A DNA stretch of 64,000 nt from an uncultured delta proteobacterium (GTDB lineage: Bacteria; Desulfobacterota; Binatia; UBA9968), in contig CAWFJP010000029.1 in assembly GCA_963816145.1 (NCBI GenBank), positions 320,001 through 384,000 on the forward strand, given 5' to 3'. Below are positions 20,058-29,365 of this stretch, piece by piece. The stretch's first letter is position 1; each line of letters starts with the position of its first letter. A model generated the notes under the pieces. It did not search any database, was not told the origin of the DNA, and worked only from the letters and a program-made list of their open reading frames with translations. A program made the translations under genes and the position numbers.

Positions 20058-21605
20058 TTACTTCTTGGCCTGTGCCGCGGCGCGGGCGGCTTGCATCGAT
20101 GCGCTGTCGCCGTGGATGCCGACAATAGTGCTCACATCCAAGTTCAGTCTGTCCAGTCCAGCGACAAACTCCTTTACCGCCGGCGCCGGTCTCACTTGGC
20201 CATTGCGCGGGCTGATTTGGTCGGCCTCGATAACGATCTTTTCAGTCGGCAGGTAGACCACAACCAAGTCTTCGGCGTGCGACAAGGGCAGAGGATACAC
20301 TTCGACGCGCCGCTGGCCGTCGGTCAAGATGCGCGGGCCGCCGCCGAAGGCTTCGATGACAACTGCAGTCGGCTGCTTCGCCAAGCTGTCCGGTTTGCGC
20401 GTATGCGGCGCTTTGGCGACCCGACTGTAGAACTCGTTGGCCGAGAACGGGACGACGAGGGTCGCGCCGGTGGCCATGAAGGCACGAATGCCGCCGGCAT
20501 GGTCGAGGTGATGGTGGGTCGGAATCGCATAGCGCATCGGTTTGTTGGGGAATTTTTCTTTGATCGCTTGCACAACCGGCGCGGTGCGCGCGTCGTAGAG
20601 CGGCCCTTCGACCACCACGAGATGGTCGCGCATCTCGACGACGATGGTGGCGTGGCCGACGCCTTGGATCTTGTGCACGCCGTCGGCCAAGCGATGCCAT
20701 TCAACCGACGGCGGCCGGCCGAAGTCCAGGTAGCTGACGTTGCCGGCAACCCGGCGTAGAATCCATTGCGAGGCGATCGGTGTGGCATCAGTCTTTTGGT
20801 TGCGTACGGCTTCGGGGATGGCGAAGGGGTCGGCGACAAAAGTGACGTTGTGCTGCACGGACTTGACCTGTTCTTCCTGGAGCAGTTTACCGTTGAGCTC
20901 ATAACGGAAGCTGAAGGGCATCATCACAGCGCCCACTTTGCGCCAGTCGCCATAGCGCAGCAGGTAGCTGCTGTCGCCTTCGAGAGGATCGTCTTCGAGG
21001 ATCTCGACTTGGGTCGGCAGATGGGTTTTGGCGTCGAAATAGATCTGGAACTCATCGCCATTGTCTATGAAGCTGATGACGTGCAGGGGTTGTCCGTCGA
21101 CGTCAGCGTCGGCCAGGCGGCGCAAAGTTTTCTGCGCTGCCGCGGCGGTTAACAAGAGTTTCGCCGGCGCGCGCCGTTCCTCGCGCAGGCGTGTGGCCAT
21201 GCGGCCGGGGTGCAGGCGGCTGGTCTTGGCTGTGTTCGCTTCGCCTTCTCGCAAGAGACCGACGTTGCCGTCGATCACTTCCAAATAACGGATCGCTTCA
21301 TTACGTGCCGAGCTGCGGCCGTCCCATTCGAGGCGCACGCGCGGTTGGGTTAAGTCGCGCGTCAACGCATAGCGGAAAGTGCAAATCTGCCGGGTCGGGC
21401 CGAGCGGCTGAGGCGTCGATGACGAATCGTATTGCTTGCCCTCGCTCTCGACCATTTCGTTTCTGAGCGCACGTAAAGCATTCATGCCGCCCATCGCTTT
21501 GGCGGCTTGGTCGACCACTGCCAGGGCCGACTGAGCCCGTACAGCTACGGGTGCGACCAGCAGTGCCGTGAGCAGCCCGCCGACGGTCGATAATTTCCGA
21601 ATCAT
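20058..21605 (-). CDS. Secreted protein with C-terminal MBL-fold metallo-hydrolase
   Basis: Signal peptide, THHHLDHAGG, HAED, EAD, GIHG. Confidence 0.85.
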   Translation of the reverse strand: MIRKLSTVGGLLTALLVAPVAVRAQSALAVVDQAAKAMGGMNALRALRNEMVESEGKQYDSSSTPQPLGPTRQICTFRYALTRDLTQPRVRLEWDGRSSARNEAIRYLEVIDGNVGLLREGEANTAKTSRLHPGRMATRLREERRAPAKLLLTAAAAQKTLRRLADADVDGQPLHVISFIDNGDEFQIYFDAKTHLPTQVEILEDDPLEGDSSYLLRYGDWRKVGAVMMPFSFRYELNGKLLQEEQVKSVQHNVTFVADPFAIPEAVRNQKTDATPIASQWILRRVAGNVSYLDFGRPPSVEWHRLADGVHKIQGVGHATIVVEMRDHLVVVEGPLYDARTAPVVQAIKEKFPNKPMRYAIPTHHHLDHAGGIRAFMATGATLVVPFSANEFYSRVAKAPHTRKPDSLAKQPTAVVIEAFGGGPRILTDGQRRVEVYPLPLSHAEDLVVVYLPTEKIVIEADQISPRNGQVRPAPAVKEFVAGLDRLNLDVSTIVGIHGDSASMQAARAAAQAKK

Positions 21606-21614
21606 TGTCGTCTC

Positions 21615-22514
21615 CTAGCGCAGCTTGTTGAATTTCTGCTCTGACACTTCGCCAGGGCTCAAGTCGGTGCGGAAATCGTACAGCGAGTTTTCCCAAGAGC
21701 CGTACATCGGATTGGGCAGCATGAACCACTTGGTGCCCCATTCGCTACGCTCGAGCGCTGCGCGCATACGCGCTTCAGGCGTGGCACGATACCCCGAAAT
21801 AAAGTCGGAAAGGTCGTCCCCAACGAGCATGAGCACGCGGTAAGACTGGGCGATGAATTGGCGCCGGCTCTCTTTGTCTCTGCTCCAGCCCGCTCGTTCG
21901 CCCCGGCACAGCACGGTGTCGACTCCTTTGGACAAGGCAACGCCGATGGCGGCGAGATTGCGCCGCGTGGTTTCTTCGGTGGGATGATCACGATTGGTAA
22001 TGAAGAACACCGTGACGCCGCGCGCTTGCGCCGCCGCGATAAACTCCACGGCGCCGGGTACGGCGGCGGGTTGATTGCGCTCTTGCCACTCGCGCCAGGG
22101 CCGGCTGGAAAAGCGCGCATGGCTACGCGCCATCTTACTTTGGAAAGCGCCGGTGTCGATCACGGTTTCATCGATATCCATGATGATGGCGGGCGGCAAG
22201 TCGCGAAAGTTTTCTTTTTGCGTCGGAAGGGCGCTCCAATGAGTATCGGCGAGTGCCCGTTCCAAGTGCGTCTGAGCTGACGCGTAGATGGATTGGACGA
22301 GCACGCGATATTCGGCTGAGGTGGTCTGCCAGAGGATGGCGTCCAGACGATTGTCGGCTCGGGCTGGCGCATCGGTCTGCCGGGAGTTGGGTGGCGTAAC
22401 TGTGCACCCTAAGACGGTGCTCAGGATCAGGAACAGAGATAATACATGCGCTGCGGTGCATTGCTGATTTGCCCAAGGTGAAAGGTTTCTAGATCGTGAG
22501 GTTGATGGGTCCAT
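21615..22514 (-). CDS. Class C acid phosphatase / e(P4)-type 5'-nucleotidase lipoprotein
   Basis: Lipobox VLGC, DIDETV, ITNR, VGDDLSDF, LPNPMYGSWE. Confidence 0.9.
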   Translation of the reverse strand: MDPSTSRSRNLSPWANQQCTAAHVLSLFLILSTVLGCTVTPPNSRQTDAPARADNRLDAILWQTTSAEYRVLVQSIYASAQTHLERALADTHWSALPTQKENFRDLPPAIIMDIDETVIDTGAFQSKMARSHARFSSRPWREWQERNQPAAVPGAVEFIAAAQARGVTVFFITNRDHPTEETTRRNLAAIGVALSKGVDTVLCRGERAGWSRDKESRRQFIAQSYRVLMLVGDDLSDFISGYRATPEARMRAALERSEWGTKWFMLPNPMYGSWENSLYDFRTDLSPGEVSEQKFNKLR

Positions 22515-22528
22515 GACCAGTGAACTTT

Positions 22529-23638
22529 CTATTGGGACGCAGAGCGCCGTTCAATTTCAGGAATGACTTCCTGGCAGATCAGATCGATGGCTTCGTCCCA
22601 GTTGGGCCCCAACGGCGAGGCCATATCGATGATGTCGAAACCATAGGGTTTGGCAGCGCGCAGCATTTCGTCGACGCCGTCGACGCACTCGGCCGGTGTG
22701 CCGGCGATGACGGTGCCGACTTGGGCTAGCAGATCATCGTCGATCAAATCGATCATCTCGTCCACGGTCTTGCCCGAACCATGCGCTGCCGCGACCGATC
22801 TGGCGGTCGCTTCGGGCATGGGTAATTTCAGCAGACGCTGTTTGAGTAGATGCCCCTGGATGAGCGCGCCGGCGCCCATGCGCTTGGCAAAGCGTTTGGC
22901 CGCGGCGCCGTCACGAGACACTGAAATATGCAGATGTAAAACCTTGGTAAATTTACCGCCGTCGTTGCGGGCACGGCGGGCCTTTTCCAATTCTGCCATC
23001 GCCAGGTCGATCGCCCCTTGACGCACCAGCGCGCTCGGAAAAGACAGGTTGCTGACGATCAAGCCATCGCCGATGTCCCAAGCCATCTTGAGCATCTGCG
23101 GCCCGGCGGCGGCGACGAAGATCTCCGGTACTCGGGCCGGGGGAAGGCGGAGAAACGCTTCGGCGTTGGGATCGAGGTGGAAGAATTCAGTGAGGCTGGC
23201 AAATGTGCCGAGCGTAACCGTTTGCCCCGCGAACATTTCCCGTAAAAACAAAATGGTTTCCCGCACCATGGCGACGCGCTTGGTCTTGCGGATCATATTG
23301 GACGACGGTGAACCGGCGCCGATGCCGACGGTGATGCCGCGGTCGCCGGCGAGGTGTGCCAGAGACGCGAAGCTCGATGCCAAATCGACCGGAGTGCGAG
23401 CCCAAGGATGAGTTACCGATGTGCCGACATGGGCGCCGGTACGGCTGATGATTGCGGCCAAGATGACAAAAACATTTTCGTAGGTCAGATGATCCGGCAC
23501 CCAGACTTTGTCGAAAGCGTATTGCTCCAGTGCCTTCTTGGCGTAGGCCGCCATCTCCGGAGCGGTGCAAGGTGGATAGAGTTGGATGCCGAAGCGCATG
23601 ACGTTACGGGCCAGCCTGGGTAGTTTACTGTGTAACAT
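22529..23638 (-). CDS. LLM-class flavin/F420-dependent oxidoreductase
   Basis: FDKVWVPDH, GTSVTHPWARTP, GIGAG, AAAGPQMLKMA, IAGTPAEC. Start is 23638 or 23599. Confidence 0.9.
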   Translation of the reverse strand: MLHSKLPRLARNVMRFGIQLYPPCTAPEMAAYAKKALEQYAFDKVWVPDHLTYENVFVILAAIISRTGAHVGTSVTHPWARTPVDLASSFASLAHLAGDRGITVGIGAGSPSSNMIRKTKRVAMVRETILFLREMFAGQTVTLGTFASLTEFFHLDPNAEAFLRLPPARVPEIFVAAAGPQMLKMAWDIGDGLIVSNLSFPSALVRQGAIDLAMAELEKARRARNDGGKFTKVLHLHISVSRDGAAAKRFAKRMGAGALIQGHLLKQRLLKLPMPEATARSVAAAHGSGKTVDEMIDLIDDDLLAQVGTVIAGTPAECVDGVDEMLRAAKPYGFDIIDMASPLGPNWDEAIDLICQEVIPEIERRSASQ

Positions 23639-24020
23639 AAATTCACGGCTGGGTACTAATAGCTTTTACAAACGGCAACTTCTGGCCGGTGGGCGAAACA
23701 AACGCCGACGGCAGCGCCGCCACCTCGGCTCAATACCTCATATCGCTACCGGCACTGCCATGGTTCTGACACCGTCAGGATATCGTCTTAAAAGCACGGT
23801 CCTAAGCGCAGCTTGAATGCGAATGCTAGTAGCACTTAAAAGCTCAATCATATAATGGGCGATAATACAGGTAGATTTGTTACAAACCTAAAGTGTCGAT
23901 TGCAATTATTGGATTCGCTAGCTCCGGCAGATTTGTAAGCTGTGATGCGATTGGCGCAGGGGCATGTGGTCGGGAGACATCGTCGAGGCTTTTTGCCGTC
24001 CTCTCGGAGTGTTGTCAATT

Positions 24021-24137
24021 TTGTCAAGCATTGACAACCAACTTGGCTTAAATGTCAGTACAGTCACTCAGCGTTACCTAGAACATCCAATTGCTAAACG
24101 TTTCCCAAGTCAGCTATGACGGCAAGTCAGTGATGAC
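24021..24137. promoter_or_regulatory. Candidate enhancer (bEBP) sites, GTCA-N4/5-TGAC
   Basis: TTGTCAA-GCA-TTGACAA (24021-24037) and tandem CAAGTCAGNNATGAC (24106-24120, 24123-24137), upstream of a sigma54 promoter. Confidence 0.5.
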
Positions 24138-24259
24138 ATGAATAACGGGCATCCTTGTGTCATTTCTAGCAATTTACAATTGGGAATTTCAGATGATTCC
24201 TGGTGAAAGATTTTACCGAATAGGGACAGGGGGGGTCTTCATATGGGTCTCGATCCCTG

Positions 24260-24275
24260 TGGCATGCTTTCTGCT
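24260..24275 (+). promoter_or_regulatory. Sigma54 (-24/-12) promoter
   Basis: TGGCATGCTTTCTGCT fits GG-N10-GC. The predicted start site lies just before the riboswitch. Confidence 0.7.
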
Positions 24276-24289
24276 CGAATCCCCTTACA

Positions 24290-24363
24290 AGTTGACGCTG
24301 TGATCTGAAATCCCCAACGTGGTCACCATGGGGCTCAGGGAGCGAGTGGTGAAACCGGCAACT
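24290..24363 (+). promoter_or_regulatory. Cyclic di-GMP-II riboswitch aptamer
   Basis: GTTG/CAAC P1, TGTGA...GAGC kink-turn-like motif, CCCCA/TGGGG stem, loop TGGTCACC pairing with GGTGA-AA-CCG (pseudoknot). Matches the class II consensus GAGYNAGTRGTGNAACCGRC. Confidence 0.85.
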
Positions 24364-24384
24364 CATAGTTGCCGGTTTTTTTTT
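24352..24384 (+). terminator. Intrinsic terminator (riboswitch expression platform)
   Basis: AAACCGGCAACT-CAT-AGTTGCCGGTTT plus T run. The 5' arm overlaps the aptamer 3' end. Confidence 0.9.
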
Positions 24385-24422
24385 GTTCGGTTTCAGAAAT
24401 TCTCGAAGGGAGGGTCGAACCG

Positions 24423-24878
24423 ATGTCGTACCACTTGAAGGAAAACAAAGGCCAGAGCGCAGTGGAGTTCACCTTAGGGTTTTTGCTTCTTTATACCGTG
24501 ATCATGGCTGTCGTCGAGTTCTCGCACATGTTTTATACCAAGACGGCTCTACAGCACGCGATAGCTGAAGCGGGCCGTTATATGATCACAGGCCAAGGAA
24601 TCGACCTTACAGGAACCAATCCCAACGCTCGTTTGCAGAAAGTCCAAGAAAAATTCTGCAACAATCTGATCGCTACGGGTCTTCCCTGCGCAAATGTTTC
24701 CTCGCATCTTACGTTGACCTGCGTCGGTGGCTGCACACAACCGGCCGGCGGTCCAGGTCAGACCGTAACTCTCACTGCGACGTATTCGAGATCGTGGTTT
24801 ACCGGGATGTTCAATCATCTATTGCCCAGCATCACTCTTGCCGCGAACACGACTTGGAAAAACGAAATCTATATGTAA
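24423..24878 (+). CDS. TadE-like pseudopilin
   Basis: KG|QSAVEF prepilin motif, hydrophobic helix, AIAEAGRY. Confidence 0.9.
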   Translation: MSYHLKENKGQSAVEFTLGFLLLYTVIMAVVEFSHMFYTKTALQHAIAEAGRYMITGQGIDLTGTNPNARLQKVQEKFCNNLIATGLPCANVSSHLTLTCVGGCTQPAGGPGQTVTLTATYSRSWFTGMFNHLLPSITLAANTTWKNEIYM

Positions 24879-24896
24879 CTGGCACAGGAGTTCATT

Positions 24897-25559
24897 ATGA
24901 GATTCATACGCAAATACCTGAGTACAAAAAAAGGTCAAAGCCTGGTCGAGATGACGTTTGGTATCCCGATGTTGATTGGTCTGGGGTTCGGGGTTATCGA
25001 GATTGGCAACATGATTAACTCCTATCTGGTGTTAACCCATTTGACCCGTGAAGCCACTAACATTCTAGCCCGTCAGCCCGGAGTTAAAGGCTCGACGCAA
25101 TGGGCGACAAGTGTCAACACGGATTTGAATGCGGTCATCAGCAAGGCAAGCCCGGTCATTAACCCAACTGCCAGCGGCGCTAGAGGGCCGAATCAGTATA
25201 AAATCTACTACTCGATGATCGAGTGGAATACCGCCCCGGGAGCTTGCGATGGTGGACCAATGGCGAATGGCCAGCCGGACAATTACCGGATTCGTCGCAG
25301 CAATACAGGTTGGACCGGCAATGTCACCTGGCAATATGGTTCATTGAGCCGGAATAGCAACTTGGGCAACGATGGAGAGTGTGCCTACCTGCTTTTGCCT
25401 GAGGTCAAGAACCTATCTGCACAGGGGCTTGTTCTCCATGTCATAGAAGTTTTCTATGATTATGCCCCAAGTAAGTTAACTCCGGTGGAAGGCTTCATCG
25501 GTGCTCTCGCGCCCGGAATATTTTATCGCAAAACGGTTTTTATGGATGTTGTCGGGTAA
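24897..25559 (+). CDS. TadE/TadF-like pseudopilin
   Basis: KG|QSLVEM motif, hydrophobic helix, TREAT. Confidence 0.88.
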   Translation: MRFIRKYLSTKKGQSLVEMTFGIPMLIGLGFGVIEIGNMINSYLVLTHLTREATNILARQPGVKGSTQWATSVNTDLNAVISKASPVINPTASGARGPNQYKIYYSMIEWNTAPGACDGGPMANGQPDNYRIRRSNTGWTGNVTWQYGSLSRNSNLGNDGECAYLLLPEVKNLSAQGLVLHVIEVFYDYAPSKLTPVEGFIGALAPGIFYRKTVFMDVVG

Positions 25560-25603
25560 CCACGCGAATTGAGATGACTCGTACCTATGACAAGGAACAG
25601 ATT

Positions 25604-26821
25604 ATGAAGCGCAAAAACGAAAAGGGTCAAGCACTTGTTTTTATCTTGTTATTGTTTGCTGTGTTGCTTTTTCTGGTTGGCTTAGCCAGCGACGGCGGCC
25701 GGGCGTATTTGCTTAGAGCCTCCTTGGCTCGAGTCGTCGACGCCGCGACGATTGCAGCGGCGGCCAAGCTCAATTCACAGGGACTCACCGCGGCTCAAAA
25801 CGCTGCGTGCGATTCGGCGAGGATGAACGGTGTCGCTAATTGCGGTATTTTAAATGTCACTCAGGTGACTACTAACGATGCCGCCGGCAACCCAAAGGAA
25901 GGCGTCAAGGTTACCGCAAACGTTTCAACCCCAACGATTTTTGTCGCCGCCGGTAATCTGCTCGGTTGTACCACCTGCAGTATCATTAATGTCTCGGTTA
26001 GCGCGGTGGCAACCACGGGTGGTACAATCGATCTGGTGACGAATCTCGATAACACGGGGTCCATGGCAGGCTCCAAAATAACCAACGCCAAGATCGGTGC
26101 GAATGCTTTAGTTACGGCTTTAATGCCCAGTGGTGGTTCATCCACAGCGCTCGTCAGTGTCGTGCCTTTTCAGGGATGTTATCGGTCGAGTACAACCGGC
26201 GGTTGTGTCGATGAGGATGAAAACCCGATCAACGGCGGCATGATAGTATCGCTGACTAGTGATGCTTCAAGGCTGCATAACGGCATCAATGCTCTAAGCG
26301 CGCCGGGCGGTTCCGGAACAAACGTTTGCACCGGGCTGAAAAAAGCCCGCCAGAAACTGTTTCAAGCCGGTGTGGCTCGGCCTAATAGCTTGAGATTTCT
26401 AATTATTCTCACGGACGCAGAGAACAATTATGACACGAATCTCCCGAGTGGCGGTGTGGACGCGGCCTGTATTCCGTCCGGAAACAATGACAATGCCCGC
26501 AACCTAGACCTCGGAGTAAAAACCAATGCCCTTGCCACGGAAATCAAAGATCCCGGCTCCGACTCCGATGGGCAATCGGTTGGACAACTAGTGAAAGTCT
26601 TCGTGATCATGTACGGTCCCAACGCAACCGGAACCGTTCCGAGCAATTGCAATGCGACTGGCCTAAGCAGCGGCACTGCGACAAGCCAAAGCTATACAAA
26701 AAATCTTGCACGCTGCATCGCTTCCAGTGCCGGTGATGTTTACTTGGCGCCCAATGCTACAGATATTAGCGCCGCCTTTCAGCAAATTATCAGTCGATTG
26801 CCGGTTGTTTTGGTTAACTGA
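25604..26821 (+). CDS. TadG-like pilus protein with vWA domain
   Basis: KG|QALV, DGGR...VDAATIAAA Tad domain. vWA MIDAS-like DNTGSM, GTN, ILTD. Cys-rich. Confidence 0.88.
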   Translation: MKRKNEKGQALVFILLLFAVLLFLVGLASDGGRAYLLRASLARVVDAATIAAAAKLNSQGLTAAQNAACDSARMNGVANCGILNVTQVTTNDAAGNPKEGVKVTANVSTPTIFVAAGNLLGCTTCSIINVSVSAVATTGGTIDLVTNLDNTGSMAGSKITNAKIGANALVTALMPSGGSSTALVSVVPFQGCYRSSTTGGCVDEDENPINGGMIVSLTSDASRLHNGINALSAPGGSGTNVCTGLKKARQKLFQAGVARPNSLRFLIILTDAENNYDTNLPSGGVDAACIPSGNNDNARNLDLGVKTNALATEIKDPGSDSDGQSVGQLVKVFVIMYGPNATGTVPSNCNATGLSSGTATSQSYTKNLARCIASSAGDVYLAPNATDISAAFQQIISRLPVVLVN

Positions 26822-26890
26822 TTCGCTCGTGAAGCCGTTTTCTGGACTTAGCTTTGTTTTGGTCCAATTACGTGACGCTGATCAAACGCA

Positions 26891-26927
26891 AGGAGGGAGT
26901 CGCGCGTAAGCACGACTCCCTCCTTTT
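26891..26927. terminator. Intrinsic terminator, probably bidirectional
   Basis: AAGGAGGGAGTCG...CGACTCCCTCCTTTT. Confidence 0.85.
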
Positions 26928-26962
26928 ACATGGCAACGCTGGAACAATTGCAATGATCGCGG

Positions 26963-27060
26963 TTAGTACTCGGTCTGACGCGTGCGTTGGATCTGTTGAT
27001 TGTTACGATTGATGGTCTGCTGGTATTGTTGAATCTTCTTTTGGTTACCGATGAGCAGCC
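26963..27060 (-). pseudogene. 3' remnant of a paralog of the glycine-zipper lipoprotein
   Basis: 26963-27036 matches 28846-28919 at 70 of 74 nt (QQTINRNNQQIQRTRQTEY*). Confidence 0.75.
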
Positions 27061-27622
27061 GACTTTTATGCGTCGTGATAGCGCGGCGGAATGTGAGGAA
27101 AATCTGCGATAGGTAAATGATCTCGCGCCTGGCGAAACCAAGGGTTCCTACCATGATACCGCGGGTTTCATACAGGATGTGCCCAGCGCAGGTTACGATT
27201 ATGTCACAGCCAAACATTTCTCGCTTACGACGCCAAATTTCTGCTCGCGGGGATGGCGAATGCCAATGACATTCTTAACGTCGGTCACGGGACCGGCGAG
27301 TCCATCGTCGCCGTCTGTAGCCGCAAGTTGCGGACGGACGATAGCGACGTGCCCGATGATCTCGTCGAAGGCTGGCCCTGTCCTTCCGGGCCCTGTACTA
27401 ATGAGAAGCGGCAGAACGGTAAAGTTTTCATACCGCGGATCTCAAGGGTGATGTAAAACAGCAGTTGCAGGTGATTTTCAATGGGATTGCGGCTATCTTA
27501 AAGCTGCGCTTGCCGGTTTGACTGTGAAACTGATTGGTCGTATTTGACGGGCAGGTTGAGTTATCGAGTGTATCCTCCGATCGTACCGGGTAACGTCGGT
27601 TTTTCTTGGATGCGCGGTTGAG

Positions 27623-28519
27623 ATGGAAAACTTAATTCTTGGAATTTTCGCTCTAGGCTGCAGCATCGTGACTTTGCTCGGTTGGTTGTGGCTTAGTGCT
27701 GAGCGGGACTTGACCAAGACCCGAAGTGAAGCAGCAAGGCGCGAGTCGGAAACGCGCAAGTTCGATGAGGAGCTCAATAACCTAAAACAAACGCTTTTGG
27801 ATCACGAAAAGCGTTTATACAAGTCGGTAAATCACGAGCACGACGTGGCCACTCAGCACAACCGGTTGCGCAGCGATATCGCCGAACTCCGTGGTAAGCT
27901 CGATGAAAGCCAAGGTAAGATATTGGAGGTGGTTGAGGCCAAACGAGCCCAGGCAGTTGTCCAGGCAAGGGGTGGCGGAGATACCGCCGAGTTGGTTCGA
28001 CTTGACGATCGTATTGCCGAACTTGAGCAAGAGCTTGCTAAGGATGAGGCCAAGTTGCGCGAGTTGGATCTTGTGTGCGAGAGACTCGCTGAGGGAGAGC
28101 GGATGCGACAAGCGTTGCGCGAGGAAAGTGCCCGCCATCAGGCTCAACTGGAACATTGGCGCGATCGCAGTATCGAAAGCGAGGAAAGCGAAACGAGAGT
28201 GGCGTTAATTCAAGAGCAGTTCGGCGAACTCTTGACGATGCAAGCCACCTTTGCTGAGGCGCAGCGGCGATTTCACGACGCCTTAGTGAAGTTTGATGGT
28301 TTGATGGATACGCCCTCGAAGGCGGTGGTTCAGACCCCAACCTTCGAGGTGTTTAGAGGCAGTGGCGCCCAAGCGCAGCCGATATCCACCGGCAATGCGA
28401 CTGATAGTAGAAACCCGCAGCAGCCGACAACCCAGTCCGACGTGCGCTTGACAGAGGTGCAGCGGCAGAGCGGGTTTATACCCAGGTTGCGCAACCTCAA
28501 GACGCCAAAGGTTGGCTAG
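27623..28519 (+). CDS. Membrane-anchored coiled-coil protein
   Basis: N-terminal TM helix, long E/L/R/Q heptad region, low-complexity tail. Confidence 0.75.
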   Translation: MENLILGIFALGCSIVTLLGWLWLSAERDLTKTRSEAARRESETRKFDEELNNLKQTLLDHEKRLYKSVNHEHDVATQHNRLRSDIAELRGKLDESQGKILEVVEAKRAQAVVQARGGGDTAELVRLDDRIAELEQELAKDEAKLRELDLVCERLAEGERMRQALREESARHQAQLEHWRDRSIESEESETRVALIQEQFGELLTMQATFAEAQRRFHDALVKFDGLMDTPSKAVVQTPTFEVFRGSGAQAQPISTGNATDSRNPQQPTTQSDVRLTEVQRQSGFIPRLRNLKTPKVG

Positions 28520-28775
28520 GCGGAATTGCCCACGATGATCATTATAAGTGTGGTCGGTATCGTTGCAGGTGCTTTTTTTCGATGCTTAGCAATCGCATTA
28601 CCAAGCCGGGAATTCTTGGAGTTGTGCCTTCGGGATTAGAAAGCACTGCAGCCCGTGGGCCAGCCAATGCCAGTATCTCGGCATCGGACAAATCAGCGGC
28701 GGGTGCGAAATCAGAATCGCAACTCATTTTGCTCCCGAGGCTAGGCCTGCCGATTAAAGACGCTGCATGATAAAC

Positions 28776-28814
28776 AAAAAAAGGGAGTCGGCGATTTCGC
28801 CGGACTCCCTTTTT
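28776..28814. terminator. Bidirectional intrinsic terminator
   Basis: AAAAAAAGGGAGTCGGCGA-TT-TCGCCGGACTCCCTTTTT. Confidence 0.85.
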
Positions 28815-28845
28815 ATCTGGTGCTGAATCTACTTGCCGAGCAGCC

Positions 28846-29190
28846 TTAATACTCGGTCTGACGCGTACGTTGGATCTGTTGATTGTTACGATTGATGGTC
28901 TGCTGGTTCTGTTGAATCTGCTGTTGGTTCGTCTGGTATTGTTGCTGCTCTTCCTGCCCTTGCATGTAATCGCCGACCAGTGCGCCAGCGCCCAAGCCGA
29001 CCGCTCCGCCGATCGCCGCGCCTGTCCCTGGCCGGCCCACCGCTGCACCGATGAGACCGCCGGCCGCCGCGCCGCCCAGGGCACCGATACCTGCGCCTTT
29101 TTCACGGGTCGTCAGTGAACCCCCGGAGCATCCAACGAAGATCATGCCGGCGACTCCCAGCGCCATCCATCTTTGCGTCATGACTTTCAT
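28846..29190 (-). CDS. Glycine-zipper lipoprotein with Gln-rich tail
   Basis: AGGAGGT RBS, lipobox FVGC, GAGIGALGGAAAGGLIG..GAAIGGAVG. Confidence 0.9.
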   Translation of the reverse strand: MKVMTQRWMALGVAGMIFVGCSGGSLTTREKGAGIGALGGAAAGGLIGAAVGRPGTGAAIGGAVGLGAGALVGDYMQGQEEQQQYQTNQQQIQQNQQTINRNNQQIQRTRQTEY

Positions 29191-29239
29191 ACTACCTCCT
29201 ACGAAATCGATTCGGACCGAAATTAGTTTCTTCTTAAGC

Positions 29240-29255
29240 AGCAATGTCATTGCCA
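29240..29255 (-). promoter_or_regulatory. Sigma54 promoter of the glycine-zipper lipoprotein
   Basis: Minus strand reads TGGCAATGACATTGCT. Confidence 0.75.
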
Positions 29256-29365
29256 CGCCGCTTAGGTCCGTTTAAGCGGAAGTTTATCGAAATCAGGGAC
29301 CGATTGGACGTAATTGTTGCTGGAGATTTCTCCACTTTCGCTCCAAGTTTGGCCCATGTCGGCGC

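Noticed and set aside
27253-27456. 67-aa ORF with an epimerase-like LNVGHGTGESI segment
   Set aside because: The similarity is too short. At most it is a gene fragment.
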